DNA of 64,000 bases from Eledone cirrhosa (GCA_964016885.1 OZ024748.1:48422001-48486000); one strand, 5' to 3'; numbered from the stretch's first letter, positions 1 through 13,215 are shown. Notes: a model not told the origin generated them from the sequence alone. Numbers and translations are program-made.

Positions 1-162
1 GTGTTAGGAAGGGCATCCAGCTGTAGAAATCAAGCCAGATCAGTTCCTGTATGAGCAAGGCATGGTCAGCCGACCAGACACTGCCCACAACAGGACAACC
101 CGTCTAACCCATGCTAGCGTGGAAGAACGGACGTAAAACGGTGATGATGATGATGATGATGA
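1..162 (+). mobile_element. 3' end of RTE-tail retroelement (SINE/LINE 3' UTR), cut by window edge
   Basis: GTGTTAGGAAGGGCATCCAGCTGTAGAAA module, CCCATGCTAGCGTGGAA terminal motif and (GAT)n tail running into (TA)n. Confidence 0.8.
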
Positions 163-183
163 TATATATATATATATACATGC

Positions 184-246
<63 letters not shown>

Positions 247-688
247 ACAACAATACAAAAATGACTCACTTTAATTCATTGCCTATCATTTTGTCCACAT
301 GAAAAACACTGACAGATGCAACAAAAAAACTCATTGAAAAGTTTGAAACGATAAAATTTTACAAAATATTGTTGTGATTGAAATACTTAATAAATTAATA
401 AATAACTTTAAAAAAACATTATTATAAAGATAGACAATTATCATTTGAATCTTGTGTCTAGCATATTTACTGGTACTTTATTTTAGAGACCCCATTTCAT
501 CCTTGGGTTGCTAAAATAATGTACCAGTAATATACTGGAGTCTATATAATCAACTTTTTCCTTCCCACCAAATTTCTGTTCATGTTAGAAACCATTATTA
601 TCCTTCATGTTAGCCCTTGTGGCCAATATAGAAACCATTATTTTATTATTATCATAAATAAAGTAAATGATAAAATAAAGTACCAGTA

Positions 689-1032
689 ATCATCATCATC
701 ATCATCATTTTACGTCTGCTTTTTCCCTGCTTGCAAGGGTGGGACGGGAACTGATTCTGGCTTGATTTCTACAGCTGGATGCCCTTCCTAACACCAACCT
801 CATTTACAGTGAGTGCTGGGTGCTTTTTTTGCCGTGGCACCTCCACGACTACTTTGCAGTGGAATGATAGGGACCCCAGTCCCTCTCATCTCATTTCTAC
901 AGCTGAGTAAACTGGAGCAATGTGAAATAAAGTGTCTTGCTCAAGGAAACAACACATCACCCGGTCTGAGAATTGAACTCACAACCTTTCGATTGCAAGG
1001 CCAATGCTCTAACCATTAAGCCATGTGCCTCC
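689..1032 (-). mobile_element. tRNA-derived SINE family 1 (CORE-like body, RTE-type GAT tail), full length
   Basis: Minus strand: A box TGGCTTAATGG, B box GAGTTCAATTC, CCTTGAGCAAGACACTTTATTTCAC body, (GAT)n tail; near-identical to 7075-7467, 15173-15514 and 35703-36035. Confidence 0.9.
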
Positions 1033-1038
1033 ATAGAC

Positions 1039-1595
1039 ATGCACTGGGTAATTGCTGGCCTTGTGCCTAAAGTAGAAACAATTATTTTATTATTATCATT
1101 ATTATTATCAATCCCACCGAGGTTAGCTTTGTCTTTCATCCTTACGGGGTTGATAAAATAAAGTACCAGTAATACACTGGGATAATTGTTGGCCTTGTGC
1201 CTAAAATAGAAACAATTATTATTATCATCGTTATTGTTATTATTGATGGTTTGCATGCCGAGGTCAGCTTTGACTTCCATCCTTACCAGGTCAATAAAAT
1301 AAAGTACCAGTAATGCACTAGGATCAATCTAATTAACTTTCCCTCCCCCAAGACTGTTGGACATGCCTAAATCAAAAACCATCGGTAGAGGGTCGGATGC
1401 CATGCTTTGACGCATAGAGTTACGGCCCTTGCCATTCTGAGTTCAAATCCCGCCGAGGTTAACTTTGCCTTTCATCCTTACGGGGTCGATAAAATAAAGT
1501 ACCAGTAATGCACTGGTAATTGCTGGCCTTGTGCCAAAAGTAGAAACAATTATTACTATTATTGCTGGCCTTGTGCCAAAAGTAGAAACAATTAT
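1039..1595 (+). mobile_element. Cluster of SINE family 2 fragments (Meta/MESC-like domain)
   Basis: Repeated GAGGTTAACTTTGCCTTTCATCCTTACGGGGTCGATAAAATAAAGTACCAGTAAT...GGCCTTGTGCC..AAGTAGAAACAATTATT; domain name recalled, not verified. Confidence 0.8.
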
Positions 1596-2169
1596 CATAT
1601 TTATTGACTGGTTTCAGTCATCTGACTGTGGCCATGCTGGGGCACCAACATCGATAGTTAATCATATTGACCACCAGTATTTATAAATCTGGTTCTTTAT
1701 TGATCTCTTTTTATCCAACAGCTAAGTCGGAGGCATAAAAAAAAAAAAAAAAAAATTAAAAAAATAAAATCGGTAGATACACACTCTCTTTCTCCCATAC
1801 ACACACACACACTCTCTCTCTCTCTCAATTCCTTACATACACACACACTCACATTCTCACACACACAGTCTCACATACACACACACATATATATATATAT
1901 ATATTATACGCTTTCAAAGAGCAATAATCCTCAATAGTTTTGTTGTTCCTTGGTACAGCCAAGACAATGTTATCTTATGAAGAGAGGAGGAGGGGGAGAC
2001 TGTGATAGAAATAGATACATAGAGAGATGGAGAGAGAGAGTGTGCAGGGAAGAGGAGGAGGAGAGAGAAAGAGACAAAGCATTCTAAGAAGCCGAAGAGG
2101 AGTGTTGAGAGAGAGAGAGAGAGCAGGAGGGAGTATTCTAAGAGGAGGTAGAGAGGAATGGTTAACTCA

Positions 2170-2412
2170 AATGGTAAGAGGGTGGAGGGAGGGTAGTGGT
2201 AAGAGGGTGGAGGGATGGTAGTGGTAAGAAGAGGGTGGAGGGAGGGTAGTGGTAAGAAGAGGGTGGAGAGAGGGTAGTGGTAAGAGGGTGGAGGGATAGG
2301 AGTGGTAAGAGGGTGTAGAGAGGGTGGTGGTAAGAGGGTGTAGAGAGGGTAGTGGTAAGAGGGTGGAGAGAGGGTAGTGGTAAGAAGAGGGTGGAGGGAG
2401 GGTAGTGGTAAG
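2170..2412. repeat. G/A-rich minisatellite, 25-28 bp unit
   Basis: GAGGGTGGAGAGAGGGTAGTGGTAA(GAA) tandem copies. Confidence 0.9.
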
Positions 2413-2649
2413 AAAAGACAATTCTAGAAGAATCCTTATATTTGTTTACTGGGTGGGGGGGGGGGGGGGATCAATATCTGGATCTTTTGGTATATTTCAT
2501 AACAACGAAACACTTGAACTTTCATCCAATGAGGTGAGGGGGTGGCTGGTGGTGAGGGGCGGAAGGGGCAATAGGTGAAGAAGGAGTGGAGTGAGGCTTG
2601 GAGTAGGAGAGGGTAAAGCAAGTATGAGATGGGGGAGGAGTCGAAGGGT

Positions 2650-3130
2650 GAGGTGGGGTGGAGATGGAACCGAAAGGTGGGGTGGGGATGGAGTTGAAGG
2701 CTGGGGTGGGGATGGAACCGAAGGGTGGGGTGGGGATGGACCCAAAGGGTGGGGCGGGGATGGAACCGAAGGGTGGGGGTGGGGATGGAACCGAAGGGTG
2801 GGGGTGGGGATGGAACCGAAGGGTGGGGTGGGGATGGAACCGAAGGGTGGGGTGGGGATGGAACCGAAGAGTGGGGTGGGGATGGAACCGAAGGGTGGGG
2901 TGGGGTGGAGATGGAACCGAAGAGTGGGGTGGGGTGGAGATGGAACCGAAGGGTGGGGTGGGGTGGAGATGGAACCGAAGGGTGGGGTGGGGATGGAACC
3001 GAAGGGTGGGGTGGGGTGGAGATGGAACCGAAGAGTGGGGTGGGGTGGAGATGGAACCGAAGGGTGGGGTGGGGTGGAGATGGAACCGAAGGGTGGGGTG
3101 GGGATGGAACCGAAGGGTGGGTGGGGTTGG
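2650..3130. repeat. G-rich minisatellite, 24/29 bp unit
   Basis: GGGTGGGGTGGGGATGGAACCGAA tandem copies with GGGGT insertion variants. Confidence 0.95.
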
Positions 3131-3194
3131 AAGTTTAAAAAGCAGGCAGCATTCTGCTTAGTTGAAGAACTGGTCAATTGAATGTAGTGGATCT

Positions 3195-4020
3195 ATGTGT
3201 GAGTGTGGGAATATATGTATATATATGTATCTATGTGTGTGTAAGTGAGTGTGGGCATGTGTATATATATCTATGTGTATGTGTGTGAGTGTGGGCATAT
3301 ATGTATATATATGTATCTATGTGTGTGTAAGTGAGTGTGGGCATGTGTATATATATCTATGTGTATGTGTGTGAGTGTGGGCATATATGTATATATATGT
3401 ATCTATGTGTGTGTAAGTGAGTGTGGGCATGTGTATATATATCTATGTGTATATGTGTGAGTGTGGGCATATATGTATATATATGTATCTATGTGTGTGT
3501 AAGTGAGTGTGGGCATGTGTATATATATCTATGTGTATGTGTGTGAGTGTGGGCATATATGTATATATATGTATCTATGTGTGTGTAAGTGAGTGTGGGC
3601 ATGTGTATATATATCTATGTGTATGTGTGTGAGTGTGGGCATATATGTATATATATGTATCTATGTGTGGGTAAGTGAGTGTGGGCATGTGTATATATAT
3701 CTATGTGTATGTGTGTGAGTGTGGGCATATATGTATATATATGTATCTATGTGTGTGTAAGTGAGTGTGGGCATGTGTATATATATCTATGTGTATGTGT
3801 GTGAGTGTGGGCATATATGTATATATATGTATCTATGTGTGTGTAAGTGAGTGTGGGCATGTGTATATATATCTATGTGTATGTGTGTGAGTGTGGGCAT
3901 ATATGTATATATATGTATCTATGTGTGTGTAAGTGAGTGTGGGCATGTGTATATATATCTATGTGTATATGTGTGAGTGTGGGCATGTGTATATATATCT
4001 ATGTGTATGTGTGTGAGTGT
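3195..4020. repeat. 86 bp tandem repeat built of two related subunits
   Basis: GTAAGTGAGTGTGGGCAT recurs at 3241, 3327, 3413 and onward (period 86); each unit has two GAGTGTGGGCAT anchors. Confidence 0.9.
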
Positions 4021-4235
4021 AGGCATATGTATATATATGTATCTATGTATGTGTGTGTGTGAGTGTGGGCATATGTATATGTATCTATGTATGTGTGTGT
4101 GTGAGTGTGGGCATATGTATATATATGTATTTATGTGTGTGGGCATATATATATATATGTATCTATGTGTGTGAGTGAGTGTGGGCATATGTATATATAT
4201 GTATCTATGTGTGTGTGTGTGAGTGTGGGCATATG

Positions 4236-4273
<38 letters not shown>

Positions 4274-4302
4274 TTCATTGTTTTATTCATTATTTTTTTA
4301 AT

Positions 4303-4389
<87 letters not shown>

Positions 4390-5092
4390 CCATATGTATA
4401 TATACATATCTATGTGTGTGTGTGTGTGAGTGTGGGCATATGCATGTATAGGTATGTGTGTGTGTGCATTTGTATATATATATATATACATCTATGTGTG
4501 TGAGTGTAGCATATGTATATATATATATCTATGTGTGTGTGTGTTGCATATGTATATATATATATATCTATGTGTGTGTGTGTTGCATATGTATATATAT
4601 ATATATGTATCTATGTGTGTAGCATATGTATATATATATGTATCTATGTGTGTGTGTGAGTGTACCATATGTATATATATATATATTATCTATGTGTGTG
4701 TGTGAGCACATATATATATATGTATGTGTGGGGAGGGGTAGGTATATGTGTGTATATTTGAGAGTGTGTACATGTGTAAATGTGTGTGTTTGTGAATGTG
4801 TATTCATACGTTCAAGTGTGTGTGGAGGGAGCAGGGACATTTGTGTATATCTGCACGTGCTTGTGTGTATATGTGCATGTCTGCATGTGTATATATGCGT
4901 GTGCATATATGTATGCGTGTATATGTGTGTGTACATATGTGTGTGTGTATATGTGTGTGTATATGTGTGTACATATGTGTGTGTGTGTAGTTGTGTGTAT
5001 GCACGTATGTGTCTATGTACATGTGTATATGTGTGAATGTATGCATGTGTGTATGTATATGTGTGTGCGTATGTGTGTGCATATGTGTGTGC

Positions 5093-5131
<39 letters not shown>

Positions 5132-5445
5132 ATTGTGTGTTTTAGTAAGCTGTAAGAGGATTAAAGAGGAAATGGCTTCTTTTTAAGGAGAGAATAAAGG
5201 CAATCTGCCAGTAAATGGCTTGACAAAAATAAATTATTAAATATGTGAGGTAGGATGGAAAATAAAAGGGATTTCATTGTGAAAGGATGCCCTTTCAATT
5301 CATAGTGAGTGATCCCTAAGAAAATAAACCCCCTTTCTCAGCTCCAGATAGATTAGGGTTAGCTTGGAATGGCATTCAACTATGAAGATTGGGTTCGATT
5401 TAGACAAGCTCAAAACTGATAAGGGACTCACACACACACACACAC

Positions 5446-5487
<42 letters not shown>

Positions 5488-5744
5488 TATATAGATATAT
5501 GTATATTTGTGTGTGTGTGTGTGTGTATGTATATATATATAGAGAGAGAGAGAAAAGGGGGGAGGAGGAGAGAGAGAAAGAGGGAGTGATGTAAAATTCT
5601 GGCAGCAGCGGCAAGCGGTTTCAGCTTGTGTCAAAACCACTTTGCACCACGGTCAGGATTTTATATATCTCTATACCCACAGTCTCCCTGGTCTCAGCAC
5701 CCCAAACCCTTACTCTCTCTCTCTTATATATATATATATTTTTT

Positions 5745-5959
5745 TAGACGATCGACTTTCGTCAAATCGGACCGAGGGAACAATGTTTCCGTTGGTCTTT
5801 CCAATTGCTAATAATATCTATCGGTCGCAACTCCAGGTAGAAGGAGCAACGTGAAATAAAGTGTCTTGCTCAAGGACATAACGCATCGCTTGGTCCAGGA
5901 ATCGAACTCACAACCTTACAATTGCGAATCCAATTATCTAACCACTCAGCCACACGCCT

Positions 5960-5965
<6 letters not shown>
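5745..5965 (-). mobile_element. tRNA-derived SINE family 3 (CORE-like), partial
   Basis: Minus strand GTGAAGGCGTGTGGCTGAGTGGTTAG...GAGTTCGATTCC...GTCCTTGAGCAAGACAC; related copy at 39100-39415. Confidence 0.75.
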
Positions 5966-5987
<22 letters not shown>

Positions 5988-5991
<4 letters not shown>

Positions 5992-6261
5992 CCAGTCCAA
6001 AATAAATGAGGTTGTGTAGGTGTCACAACAAACAAACAAACACAGTCCACGCTGTAATGTGGCCGTGTAGGTAACATGGTAAAAACCTCCCAGTCCACAC
6101 TGTAAACGTGGTTGGTGTTAGGAAGGGCATCCAGCCCTAGAAAACCTGCCAGACAGTCCTATACGAGCAAGACACGGTCTCCCGACCAATCTTGCCTCAA
6201 GTGGGACAATTCCCGTCTAAACTCATGCTAGCGTGGAAGATAGACATTAGATGATGATGAT
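5988..6261 (+). mobile_element. RTE family A 3' UTR fragment
   Basis: Matches the 3' UTR of the LINE at 27518-29551; GAT tail; (TA)n on both sides. Confidence 0.85.
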
Positions 6262-6499
6262 ATATATATATATATATACATGTATTATCTCTTACTCTTC
6301 TACTAGTTTCATCTATTGGAATGTGGCCATGCTACAGCACTGCGTTCAAGGGGTTTCATTGATTACATCAACACCCAGATCCTAATTCAGTTTGATACTT
6401 ATATTTTACAATTTATATTTTTTGAAAGACCTCAGTTATTGTTTCAAATAAAATACATCGATTTACAATGGTAAACGTAAACATACACACAGATAGACA

Positions 6500-6690
6500 T
6501 AATTGTTTCTACTTTTGGCACAAGGCCATAAATTACCCAGTGCATTACTGGTACTTTATTTTATCGACCCCGTAAGGATGAAAGGTAAAGTTAACCTCAG
6601 CGGGATTTGAACTCAGATCATAAAGGGAGGTAACTCTATGCTACAAAGCATGGTGTCCGACCCTCTACCAATACTGCCAATCCACCGCCT
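6500..6690 (-). mobile_element. SINE family 2, full length, with TSD
   Basis: Reverse complement of the family 2 consensus; direct repeat TAGACATAAT on both flanks. Confidence 0.85.
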
Positions 6691-6732
6691 AGACATAATG
6701 CACATGCACACACGTGTTTCTGTGTGTGTGTA

Positions 6733-6789
<57 letters not shown>

Positions 6790-6939
6790 GAATTAGGATT
6801 TAGCTTCAGGCATAGCTGTATACAGATATGTATAGAAATTTCGTATTTCTAAAGAAACACGGTATGTTTACAGGTAAACATTTAGAAAGCTGTAGCTATG
6901 CAAAACATTGGTGGTGCCCAGCAGAAGCAAGGGGGACAA

Positions 6940-6981
6940 TCTTCGATGCATTTCAGACTTAACTGGTCCTCATCAGGACGA
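6940..6981 (-). ncRNA. Minimal type I hammerhead ribozyme motif (Penelope-type)
   Basis: Minus strand TCGTC-CTGATGA-GGAC(CAGTTAA)GTCT-GAAA-TGCATC-GAAGA: both core boxes, stem II, palindromic ATGCAT stem III, stem I with one mismatch. Confidence 0.65.
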
Positions 6982-7074
6982 CCCCTCCCACACTTGCGAC
7001 TGTTGGACTTGAATACAGTCAAGAATATATAGTTTTCTCGTCTGTGTAAATGATATATGTATATGTATATATAT

Positions 7075-7467
7075 ATCATCATCATCATCATCATTTTACG
7101 TCTGCTTTTCCCTGCTTGCAAGGGTGGGACGAGAACTGATTGTGGCTTGATTTCTACAGCTGGTTGCCCTTCCTAACATCAACCTCATTTACAGTGAGTG
7201 CTGGGTACTTTTTTTCCGTGGCACCTCCACGACCACTTTACAGTGTGGGCTGGGTGCTTTTTTTTGCCGTGGCACCTCCACGACCACTTTGCAGTGGAAT
7301 GATATGGACCCCAGTCCCTATCATCTCATTTCTACAGCTGAGTAAACTGGAGCAATGTGAAATAAAGTGTCTTGCTCAAGGAAACAAAACATCACACGGT
7401 CTGAGAATTGAACTCACAACCTTACGATTGCAAGCCCAATTCTCTAACCACTAAGCCATGTGCCTCC
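7075..7467 (-). mobile_element. SINE family 1, full length, with one extra internal module
   Basis: Same as 689-1032 but the CCGTGGCACCTCCACGACCACTTT module is present twice; (TA)n on both sides. Confidence 0.9.
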
Positions 7468-7471
7468 ATAA

Positions 7472-7504
<33 letters not shown>

Positions 7505-7682
7505 TCACCACCATCACCACCATCATCATCACCACCGTTCAACATCCATTTGTTCACGAATTAGACGAGTTGACCCGTTGTGAGACAAGCCAGATCAGTT
7601 GACTGTGTCTAATTTATACAGAACTGATACTGGCTTGGTTTCTACAGGTGGATGCCCTTTCTAACACCAACCACATTTACAT

Positions 7683-7721
<39 letters not shown>

Positions 7722-7871
7722 TGTATGTACTTATATATATATGTGTGACACACTTTAAACAAAATATAAAAGTCGATACATATACAAACATAAAACACGT
7801 ACACTTCAATACATGGGCAACACTATTTCTATTGTACTATTGACATTTTGCTTCCTTCTTCATTTGATTTC

Positions 7872-7959
<88 letters not shown>

Positions 7960-8059
7960 TTATACTATACAAGTGTGTGTTGCTTCATAAAATCAGAAGA
8001 ATGTTCCACTGTATTCCTCTTTCCTGTGGTGGAACAGCTTTGATTCACAGGAAGACAGA

Positions 8060-8530
8060 GTAACAACAACAAAACAGCAATGCCACAATAACAATAACCA
8101 CAACAACAACAAAACAGCAATGACACAATAACAATAACCACAACAACAACAAAACAGCAATGACACAATAACAATAACCACAACAACAACAACAACAACA
8201 ACAAAACGGCAATGCCACAATAACAATAACAATAACCACAACAGCAACAACAACAAAACCAACCACAACCACAACACTACATCAACAACAAAAACAATGA
8301 CCGCAACAACAACTACAACAATAACTACAACAACAACAACAACATTAACCAACAACAACAACAACAATAACCACAACAACAACCACAACAACAACAACCA
8401 CAACAAAAACAACAACCACAACCCCCACCACCACCCCAACAACAACCACCACAACAACCACCACCACCACAACAACCCCAACAACCACAACCACCACCAC
8501 AACCCCAACCACAACAACAACCCCAACAAC
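8060..8530. repeat. 40 bp tandem repeat (about 4 copies) grading into (AAC/ACC)n
   Basis: CAACAACAACAAAACAGCAATGACACAATAACAATAACCA at 8101, 8141 and neighbours. Confidence 0.9.
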
Positions 8531-8710
8531 AAGTTTATAATGAGCCAGTATGTCTACATGACATGTTGATGGGGTGTGAGATGTGAAATCATTTATGAGT
8601 CTTTCAGCTCCAGTTCACTAATGGACACAAAAATCAATTAACCAGCCTCAACTTGGCTTTAATTTCTCCAGTTTTGGGGAGAGGTTTGGCTTTTAGATTT
8701 CCGTTTTATA

Positions 8711-9100
8711 CTGTTGTTGTTGTTGTGGTTGTTGTTGCTGTTGTGGTTGTTCCTGTGGTTGTTGTTGCTGCTGTGGTGGTGGTTGTTGTTGTGGTGGTTG
8801 TTGTTGTTGCTGCTGTGGTGGTGGTGGTTGTTGTTGTGGTGGTGGTGGTTGCTGTGGTGGTGGGTGTTGTTGTGGTGGTGGTGGTTGTAGTTGCTGTGGT
8901 GGTGGTGGTTGTTGTTGTGGTGGTGATTTCTGTGGTGGTGGGTGTTATTGTGGTGGTGGTGGTGGTTGTAGTTGCTGTGGTGGTGGTTGTAGTTGCTGTG
9001 GTGGTGGTGGTGGTGGTTGTTGTGGTGGTGGTGGTTGTTACTGTGGTTGTTGTTACTGTAGTTGTTCTTACTGTTGTTGTTGCTGCTGCTGCTGCTGTAG
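8711..9100. repeat. (GTT/GGT)n trinucleotide low-complexity tract
   Basis: Direct reading of sequence. Confidence 0.95.
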
Positions 9101-9242
9101 TTTATTATCTATACTTATTCTATATTTATTCCTTTTTGTTTAGTGTTTCATCTAAACAAGTCAGAAGCCAGAGGTATTTTAAATAAATAGGTTCTGAGTA
9201 CCATAAAACTTGGCAAATGTATTAACGTATATGCACACACAC

Positions 9243-9294
<52 letters not shown>

Positions 9295-10321
9295 ATGCAT
9301 GAGGTAGAGGGCGTGAAATGATGACGATATACATATATATATAGAGAGAGAGAGGGGGGAAAGCAGGAGAGGGAGAGAAAGAAGTAGAGAGGGAGAGAGA
9401 GAGAAGAGAGAGAGACTATATATAACACAGTAGGCAGCATCTCAATCTTATATATATATGTATATATATATATATATAGTGAGATAGAGAGGGGGGGGGC
9501 AGAGTAAATGTATATTTTTCACAGAAAATCATTTATGCCAGGTTGGGGGTTGCTGCAGTTAAAATAAGTGTGTATTAAATTTATATATAACAATGTGAAG
9601 TAAACAAATAATTATGGAAATTTTTTCCCCTTTTTCTGCTGCTGCTGGTGGTGGTGGTGGTGGTGGTGGCAATGGTAATGTCAGTAGTGGTGGTGGTGAT
9701 GTATTAACTGTCAAACAACTCCAGGTGCACATTATATGACCAATAAATCAATAACAACAAACAGTTATTTCATGTGAGGAAAAGGAAGAGAGGTAAGCAA
9801 GAGGAGGAAGAGGAGGTGGAGGGGGAAAAAAAATCAATTTAATAAAAATCTATATCGGAAGAGAATTATAGATTAATAGAAGCACCACATAAACTGTAGC
9901 TAATTTGAAAATCATGATCCGTTAAATTTAAGCTTATTTTGAAAATCATTTCAAGAATATTTTCTGATAATTTTGTGAAAGTAGAGCAAGAAGGGGAAAA
10001 AAAAAAAATGTTAAGCAACATTTCAAGGTTGCTTACTTCTAAAAAGAAATTTTTTCTTAATTTATTTCTTTTAAAAATGTTTAATAAAATTTCATACATG
10101 GAATGTGCTGTGACTCAACAAGATAGAGAGAAATGTTAGAGTATCAGTGATTTGGCAGAAATACAAGAGTTCTGAAGAAATGTCTTAAAATATTTAGTCT
10201 GGCTTGTTCTATTTGAAGTTGAAATCCTGCTGCAGTTAACTTCTGTTTTTCTAGAGTCAATGAAGGATCAGCCAGCCTAGAAAGGCTGTTTACTGGAATC
10301 AGTGGAATGTCTGACAGGATC

Positions 10322-10570
10322 GTCCTCATCATTTTTACATCTGTTTTTCCACACTTGCATAGGTTGGACAGGTCCTTTCAGTATAGCATCTCTCCACTCA
10401 TCGTATTCCTTCGTCATCTCTTCTGTGAATCTCAGCAGTTTGCAATCATCTCTCACCACCTCCACCCAGGTCTTCCTTGATCTACCTCTAGTGCAGCTTC
10501 CTTCCATTCGGATTTCCTTGCACTTCTTTACCCAGCAATCATCATCCATACGCATCATATGTCCATACTC
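10322..10570 (-). mobile_element. RTE family B-like LINE, 3' fragment
   Basis: YGHMMRMDDDCWVKKCKEIRMEGSCTRGRSRKTW, an RTE C-terminal motif, followed by a short tail. Confidence 0.85.
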
Positions 10571-10675
10571 GTCATTTCTTGCTTTTTTCCAAACCCACCC
10601 ATTACTGCCTTTAAGCACGCCCTCAACCCCTGCGACCTCCTAGTTCGCAGTTCCTTCTCATCCTCTCCCACAACT
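10570..10675 (+). mobile_element. Penelope-like element fragment
   Basis: FFPNPPITAFKHALNPCDLLVRS; homologous to 34005-34110 in the PLE at 33831-34317. Confidence 0.6.
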
Positions 10676-12024
10676 CCATACACACATACACACCCTTATA
10701 TTAACATACTTTTGTTCCTAGCTTCGTACTTACATGCACACACACTCTTTTACTCACATTTACACACACATTTCTTCTTAGCTTCGTATGAACGTATAAC
10801 ACACACACACACATGCTTACGCACGTGCCCAAGTATAGCTCTTTTTACAAAATGTTTTTTTTCCATTTCAGGTAGACGCGCTCCATCATCCACTTTTCTA
10901 AAAAATAAATCATACACAAAACGCCAGCACCAACAGTTTTGCAAGAGATGTCAACATGAATGGACCTGTTATTTTTATCTAAAGACATTTTTTTTCCAAT
11001 TCCAACCTGCCCATCCCCTTAATCTATCTTATTTCTCATTCTTTCTTCCGATGAAAGACCAGCATCCGATGGAATCAAAATTCTAAACTAGTTAATTGCT
11101 TTACAGTTTAAGAGATGCTTTATATCAACACAGAATTTTTAAATTACAATTTTACAAGTAACCTGTTCAAAGAAAAATAAAGAGAAAAGAAAAAGAAAAT
11201 TATAGCAAACCGTCTTCAGAAACAGTAAAAACTATTATATATCTTACAAAATACACTTGCTATATATACATGGTTCCACTATGTGTAAGACTTGGTGTGG
11301 CCAACAGGCCAGATCCTTCTCATAACGGCTCCACCCAGGGCCCCACTATGAGTAAGGCTTGGTCAGCCAACTGGGCAGACCTCCCTGATAGTGGGACCAC
11401 CTGGCTCCCAAACTATAGTTCCGTTGTGAGCAGGGTATGGCACGGCCGACTGGCCTGCTTCTCCTCATAATGGTGCCATCCAGTTCCACACTGTAAATGT
11501 GGTTGGTGTAAACATCCATGCCAAATTTACAGTTCCGTCTGAGCAAAGTATGGCACAGCCAACTGGTCAGACTTGTCTCATGACGTGGCTGACCCGTCTA
11601 ACTGGTGCAAGAGTGGAAAATGGACGTCAAATGGTGATGATGATGATGATGATAATATGATTAACTAATTTCTAGTGGACAATCTCAGTTGATCGAAGAT
11701 TTTCAACTCCTCATGATACAGATGTAAGACCCTATATTACATAATACATGGGCTAGAATCTCATAAATACACACACTCGCAGTATATACTTGAATATAAG
11801 CCAAGCTGACTCCCTTATTTTATGTCTGAGAAATGGGCAAAAGTCCAAACACCATTTATAGGCTGAGGCAGCTCTAATTAACACATTATGTTTAGATGGT
11901 AATTATAAGCTTCTCCCCACCACCTTCATTTTACCATCAAAATTCTTTGGTCATATATTCCTCGGCTTATATTTGGGTATATAAAGTAATTAGGTATAAA
12001 TACATAACATCGCTTCTTCCTAAA

Positions 12025-13178
12025 ATGTACACACACACACACACACACATACTAAAACACACACACACATACATATATACATACATATGTTTATATGCAT
12101 ACACATACATACATATATATGTATATATATATATATATACATATATATGTATATATATATATATATATACATATATATGTATATATATATACATATATAT
12201 ACATTTATATACACATATATATACACATATACATATGTATATATATATAAATACATATATATACATTTATATACACATATATATACATATCTATACACAT
12301 ATACATATCTATACACATATACATATATACATATATACATATATATATATATACACATATATACATATATACACATATATACATATATACACATATATAC
12401 ATATATATATATATACATATATACATATACACATATATACATATATATATATATATACACATATATACATATACACATATATACATATACACATATATAC
12501 TACACATATACATATATATATACACATATATACATATACACATATATACTACACATATACATATATATACACATATACATATATATACACATATATACAT
12601 ATATATATATATACACACATATATACACATATACATATATATACACACATATATACACATATACACATATACACATATATACACATATACACATATATAC
12701 ATATATATATATATACACATATATACACATATACATATATATATATACACATATACATATATATATATACACATATATACACATATATACACATATATAC
12801 ACATATATACACATATATATATACACATATATACACATATATATATACACATATATACACATATATATATACACATATATACACATATACATATATATAT
12901 ATATACACACATATACATATATATATATATACACACATATATACACATATATATATATATATACACACACATACATATATACACATATATACACATATAC
13001 ATACACACATATATACACATATACATATATATACACACATATATATATATATATACACATATACACATATACTAATATACACATATACATATATATATAT
13101 ATACACACAGATACATATACATATATACACATATACATATATATATATATACACACATATACATAAACATATATACAC

Positions 13179-13215
<37 letters not shown>

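Noticed and set aside
2497-3181. GGVGMEPK / PFGSIPTP repeat ORFs
   Set aside because: Translations of a 24/29 bp minisatellite; the 29 bp variants break frame and both strands are open.
5130-5430. Host exons in unique-looking islands (also 13940-14310, 24850-25400 and 41340-41820)
   Set aside because: No recognisable protein motifs or convincing splice-bounded frames; small exons or enhancers cannot be excluded without RNA-seq or alignment.
8060-8240. CRISPR-like regular repeats (also 16936-17035 and 3195-4020)
   Set aside because: Head-to-tail tandem repeats without unique spacers, eukaryotic context, no cas genes.
10559-11086. 175 aa ORF as a host gene
   Set aside because: Chimera of an RTE edge, a short PLE fragment and low-complexity sequence.
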